64,000 nt of DNA from an uncultured Eubacteriales bacterium. Its GTDB lineage: Bacteria; Bacillota; Clostridia; Christensenellales; CAG-138. The notes beneath the pieces were generated by a model that did not search any database, was not told where the DNA came from, and saw nothing but the letters and a program-made list of their open reading frames with translations. Shown here piece after piece: positions 61,122-64,000 of the stretch. Made by a program: the position numbers and the translations under genes. Numbering within the stretch: the first letter of the stretch is position 1; each line of letters begins with the position of its first letter. The stretch lies in the NCBI GenBank assembly GCA_902765005.1, contig CACWYB010000004.1, positions 95,179-159,178 on the forward strand. The letters run 5' to 3'.

Positions 61122-62423
61122 ATGAAGAAACTGTGCATCCTGACCTGCCTGCTCCTGCTGCTCCTTGCCTGCGGGCAAAGGACGGCGGAGGACCCAATCG
61201 CATACATTCCCGCTGACGCCACCGCCATGGCGGGCGCCACCGCCGCCGCTGAAACGCTGGCCCCGGCCCCCACCGCCGCGCCCCTGTTCACTCCGGCGCC
61301 CACAACGGAACCCACTCCCGAGCCCACCCCCACGCCGGAGCCCACGCCGGAGCCTACGCCCACCCCCGTGCCTCTGGAGGTGCTGGTCAGCCAATACGTG
61401 GCCGGCATGACGGACCGGGAGAAGATCGGCCAGCTGGTCATGTTCGGCTTCTCGGGCACCAAGACCGTGTCCACGGAGTTCGCTAAGATCATGGAGGACT
61501 ACGCCGTGGGCAACGTGATCCTCTACGGCACCAACATCCTTCGGGACAACGGCGACGGAGGCTTCGACCGCTGCGCCCAGCTCACCGCGGACATCCGGGC
61601 CCATAACGCCACAAGCATCCCGCTCCTCATCAGCACGGACGTGGAGGGGGGCAACGTGACCCGCTTCCGCTGGCGGAACAAGACCCTTTCCGCGGAGGCC
61701 CTGGGCGAAGCGGACGACCCGGATGCCGCCCGGCTCCAGTTCGAGCGCATCGCCACCGCCCTCTACGACGTGGGCATCAACACGGATCTGGCCCCCGTGC
61801 TGGACGTGGCCGCCGCCCCCCACAAGACCTTTTTAGGCCGCCGCATCATCAGCAGCGATGAGCAGATCGCCGCCCGCATCGGCATCGCCTCCATGGAGGG
61901 CCTGCAAAACGGCGGGTGCCTGTCCATTGTCAAGCATTTTCCCGGCCACGGGGCCACCTCCGCCGACTCCCATAACGTGACTCCCGTGGTGAAAAAGAGC
62001 CTGGAGGCCCTGCAGGATTACGAGCTCTTCCCCTTTGAAAAGGCCGTGGCCGCCGGGGTGGATGGGGTCATGGTGGCCCACATCTTCTATCCTCAGGTCG
62101 ACCCGGACTATATCGCCTCCCAAAGCCGCCTCTTCATCACGGAGATCCTCCGGGAACAGATGGGCTTTGCCGGGGTGGTGGTGGCGGACGACTTCCGCAT
62201 GAACGGCCTTCGCTCCAAGGCCAGCCTGGAAACGGCGGCGGTCCGGTTCATCCTGGCGGGGGGCGATATCATCATCTGCGGCGCCAACCACAGCTACCAG
62301 CGGTCCATCCTCAAGGGCCTCACCAGCGCCGTGGCCGACGGCACCATTTCCCAGGATCGGCTGAACGAAAGCGTGGTCCGCATCCTTCTGGCCAAGATGA
62401 AGGTTACGGACTGGGCCCCCTGA
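61122..62423 (+). CDS. Glycoside hydrolase family 3 N-terminal-domain lipoprotein (NagZ-like beta-N-acetylhexosaminidase)
   Basis: Lipobox LLLLACG, a [21 protein letters not shown] linker, then GQLVMFGF, STDVEGG and KHFPGHG. Confidence 0.8.
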   Translation: MKKLCILTCLLLLLLACGQRTAEDPIAYIPADATAMAGATAAAETLAPAPTAAPLFTPAPTTEPTPEPTPTPEPTPEPTPTPVPLEVLVSQYVAGMTDREKIGQLVMFGFSGTKTVSTEFAKIMEDYAVGNVILYGTNILRDNGDGGFDRCAQLTADIRAHNATSIPLLISTDVEGGNVTRFRWRNKTLSAEALGEADDPDAARLQFERIATALYDVGINTDLAPVLDVAAAPHKTFLGRRIISSDEQIAARIGIASMEGLQNGGCLSIVKHFPGHGATSADSHNVTPVVKKSLEALQDYELFPFEKAVAAGVDGVMVAHIFYPQVDPDYIASQSRLFITEILREQMGFAGVVVADDFRMNGLRSKASLETAAVRFILAGGDIIICGANHSYQRSILKGLTSAVADGTISQDRLNESVVRILLAKMKVTDWAP

Positions 62424-62440
62424 CCCGGCGCACGCGCACA

Positions 62441-62472
62441 AAAAAGCAGACGCCTGAAAGCGTCTGCTTTTC
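62441..62472. terminator. Bidirectional Rho-independent terminator
   Basis: AAAA-AGCAGACGC-ctgaaa-GCGTCTGCT-TTT, lying between convergent genes. Confidence 0.8.
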
Positions 62473-62474
62473 TG

Positions 62475-63146
62475 TTAAAAATCATCCCGAGGCTCCCGGT
62501 GCCGGGTGACCCAGCGCAAGTCGTAGGGCCGCTTCCCGTCGTAAGGCCGGTCCGGCAGGGTGAGCACGGTGCGCTCCCCCACATTGATCACCTTCGTCTC
62601 CCCATAGGATCGCTCCCGGGGGTGCAGGGGGTAGCCCCGCAGGTGGATGTGGCCGTGGAGCAGATACTGGGGATGATAGCGGTCCAGGAGCTTCAGCAGG
62701 CACTCGAAGCCCCGGTGCGGCAGGTCCGCCTCGTCGCCCACTCCCTTAGGCGGCGCATGGGTCACCACCAAATCCACGCCCCCGGCCCGCCAAAGGGCAA
62801 ACCGGAGCCGGGCGATCCGCCGGGCCATCTGCTGCTCGGTATACTGAAAGGGCGCGTCGGGCCGATAGCGAAGGCAGCCCCCCAGGCCCAAGATGCGCAC
62901 GCCCCGGTAGACGATGAGGGCGTCGTCGATGCAGTCGCACCCCTCCGGCGGGCGGGTGGCGTACCCCTCGTCGTGGTTCCCGTGGACATAGAGCACCGGC
63001 GCCCGGCCCATGGTCACCAGAAAGGAAAGATACTCCGCCTTCAGATCCCCGCAGGAGAGGATCAGATCATATTCCTTCAGCCGCCCGGGCTGGTATTTGT
63101 CCCAGAAAGCGGCGCATTCCTCATCCGCAACGGCCAGCACCCGCAT
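62475..63146 (-). CDS. Metallophosphoesterase
   Basis: Start at ATG 63146 (MRVLAVAD). Motifs seen: SCGD, VHGNHD, VTHAPP, HGHIH. Confidence 0.8.
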   Translation of the reverse strand: MRVLAVADEECAAFWDKYQPGRLKEYDLILSCGDLKAEYLSFLVTMGRAPVLYVHGNHDEGYATRPPEGCDCIDDALIVYRGVRILGLGGCLRYRPDAPFQYTEQQMARRIARLRFALWRAGGVDLVVTHAPPKGVGDEADLPHRGFECLLKLLDRYHPQYLLHGHIHLRGYPLHPRERSYGETKVINVGERTVLTLPDRPYDGKRPYDLRWVTRHREPRDDF

Positions 63147-63156
63147 AGCATTCGCC

Positions 63157-64000
63157 CTATCCTTCCAGCGGCAGATTCTCCGGATGCAGCCCCAGCTCCC
63201 GGACCAGGGCCCGGGACATGGGCAGCAGCTCCTCATAGGCGGGGATGCTGCCCTCCACCGCGTCCGAAAGGTAGTCCATGGTCAGGATCTCCCGGGAGGA
63301 AAGGTCCCGGCTGCCGTCGTTGCGCACCGCCCCGGCCTGGTCCGTCAGCGCCCGTTTGAAGGGCAGCAGGGACCCGGCTTTGATCTGCTCCATAACGGAG
63401 CTTGCCAGGGTGCGGATGCCCTCGGGCACCAGCTCCGTCATCTCCACGTCGATAACGCCGCTGTCCATGCCCCACCAGTAGTTGATGGCCTCGGGGGCCT
63501 CCTTCTTGCCGTTCCAGCTCCCCGACAGGACGGCCCGGGCCACGTTCTCATAGAGCTTGCCCCACATCCAGCAGGGGGAAGCCAGGGGGTTCAGTCGGCC
63601 CGCCGCGTCGATGAGGTAGGTGCCGTATTCCCCCATGCCCATGTAGTGGACGTTGGGCACGGGCACGTCCCGGTTGGAGATCACCAGGGCGCCCCGGTCG
63701 ATGAGCTTCTGCACCGCGTTGCCCTCCGTGCAGCTCCACTCCAGCAGGATCCGGGCCCGGGGGTTGGTCATCCGGGCGCCCAGGCTGAAGGCATTGATGG
63801 AGGCGGGCACCCCCAGGATGGGGTAGGAGGCCACGTAGCCGATGGTGTCGTTCTTGGCCATGGCCCCGGCGATCATGCCCGTGATGAACTTGCCCTCATA
63901 GATGCGGCAGTAGTAGCTGCGAACGCTGGAAAGGGCGTTGCCGGCGGAGCAGTTGAGAAAGTGGATCTTGGGATATTTCACCGCCGCCTTCAGGGTGCTC
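63157..64000 (-). CDS. BMP-family (PnrA/Med-like) substrate-binding protein, C-terminal part (5' end outside window)
   Basis: The frame stays open to the window edge. It has GKFITGMIAGAMAKNDTIGYVASYPI and NAFSLGAR. Confidence 0.65.
   Translation of the reverse strand, partial: STLKAAVKYPKIHFLNCSAGNALSSVRSYYCRIYEGKFITGMIAGAMAKNDTIGYVASYPILGVPASINAFSLGARMTNPRARILLEWSCTEGNAVQKLIDRGALVISNRDVPVPNVHYMGMGEYGTYLIDAAGRLNPLASPCWMWGKLYENVARAVLSGSWNGKKEAPEAINYWWGMDSGVIDVEMTELVPEGIRTLASSVMEQIKAGSLLPFKRALTDQAGAVRNDGSRDLSSREILTMDYLSDAVEGSIPAYEELLPMSRALVRELGLHPENLPLEG

Overview
This is a GC-rich chromosomal segment with strong third-position G/C bias. From protein similarities alone it looks like a Clostridia (Oscillospiraceae-like) Firmicute. 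I can support about 58 protein genes. I found no rRNA, tRNA, CRISPR, transposase, integrase or phage genes.

Gene content, left to right:
- A DUF975 tail and a stand-alone E2-like acyltransferase.
- An ArsR/HMA/CadA metal-efflux operon with a perfect 12-2-12 operator.
- A YfcE-like phosphoesterase.
- A ~14.6 kb co-directional gamma-glutamyl block, containing:
  - a Sec-signal GGT, a Sel1 protein, and a NagA-fold protein lacking catalytic residues;
  - tatA/tatA/tatC followed by a Tat-signal GGT;
  - a lipoprotein, an orphan DctM-like permease, a 51-aa membrane micro-ORF, and an AstE/AspA-type zinc deacylase;
  - pgsB-pgsC and two tandem poly-gamma-glutamate accessory paralogs, with no pgsA.
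- iorBA, an MBL hydrolase, a threonine aldolase-like gene, a GNAT and an EamA transporter.
- A PG-binding/dockerin-like/NlpC-P60 protein.
- trxB-nth-obg, then yhbY-gtrA-ABC, then cdaA-cdaR and an FAD protein.
- A 981-aa SpoIID/SH3/PT-repeat/dockerin protein.
- A disrupted typA, a DUF1540 gene, and recF-gyrB-gyrA.
- A CotH/VTC/DUF4956 trio.
- Two CNNM paralogs and a GDPD gene.
- A MotA/ExbB-like channel with two ExbD-like half-proteins.
- A GNAT, a phosphorylase-like gene, a MATE transporter, a GH3 lipoprotein, a metallophosphoesterase and a partial BMP lipoprotein.

Most unusual observations:
1. A dispersed, structure-conserved three-hairpin polypyrimidine/polypurine repeat sits right after stop codons at eight loci. 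One locus is a 178-bp tandem array, and one lies inside the cad operon.
2. The poly-gamma-glutamate locus has no PgsA and is embedded in a Tat/GGT/transport block.
3. The CotH-VTC-DUF4956 module is present.
4. A MotA/ExbB-type stator with a split ExbD occurs in an apparently monoderm lineage.
5. typA (frameshifting) and gyrA (in-frame) both show apparent internal deletions.
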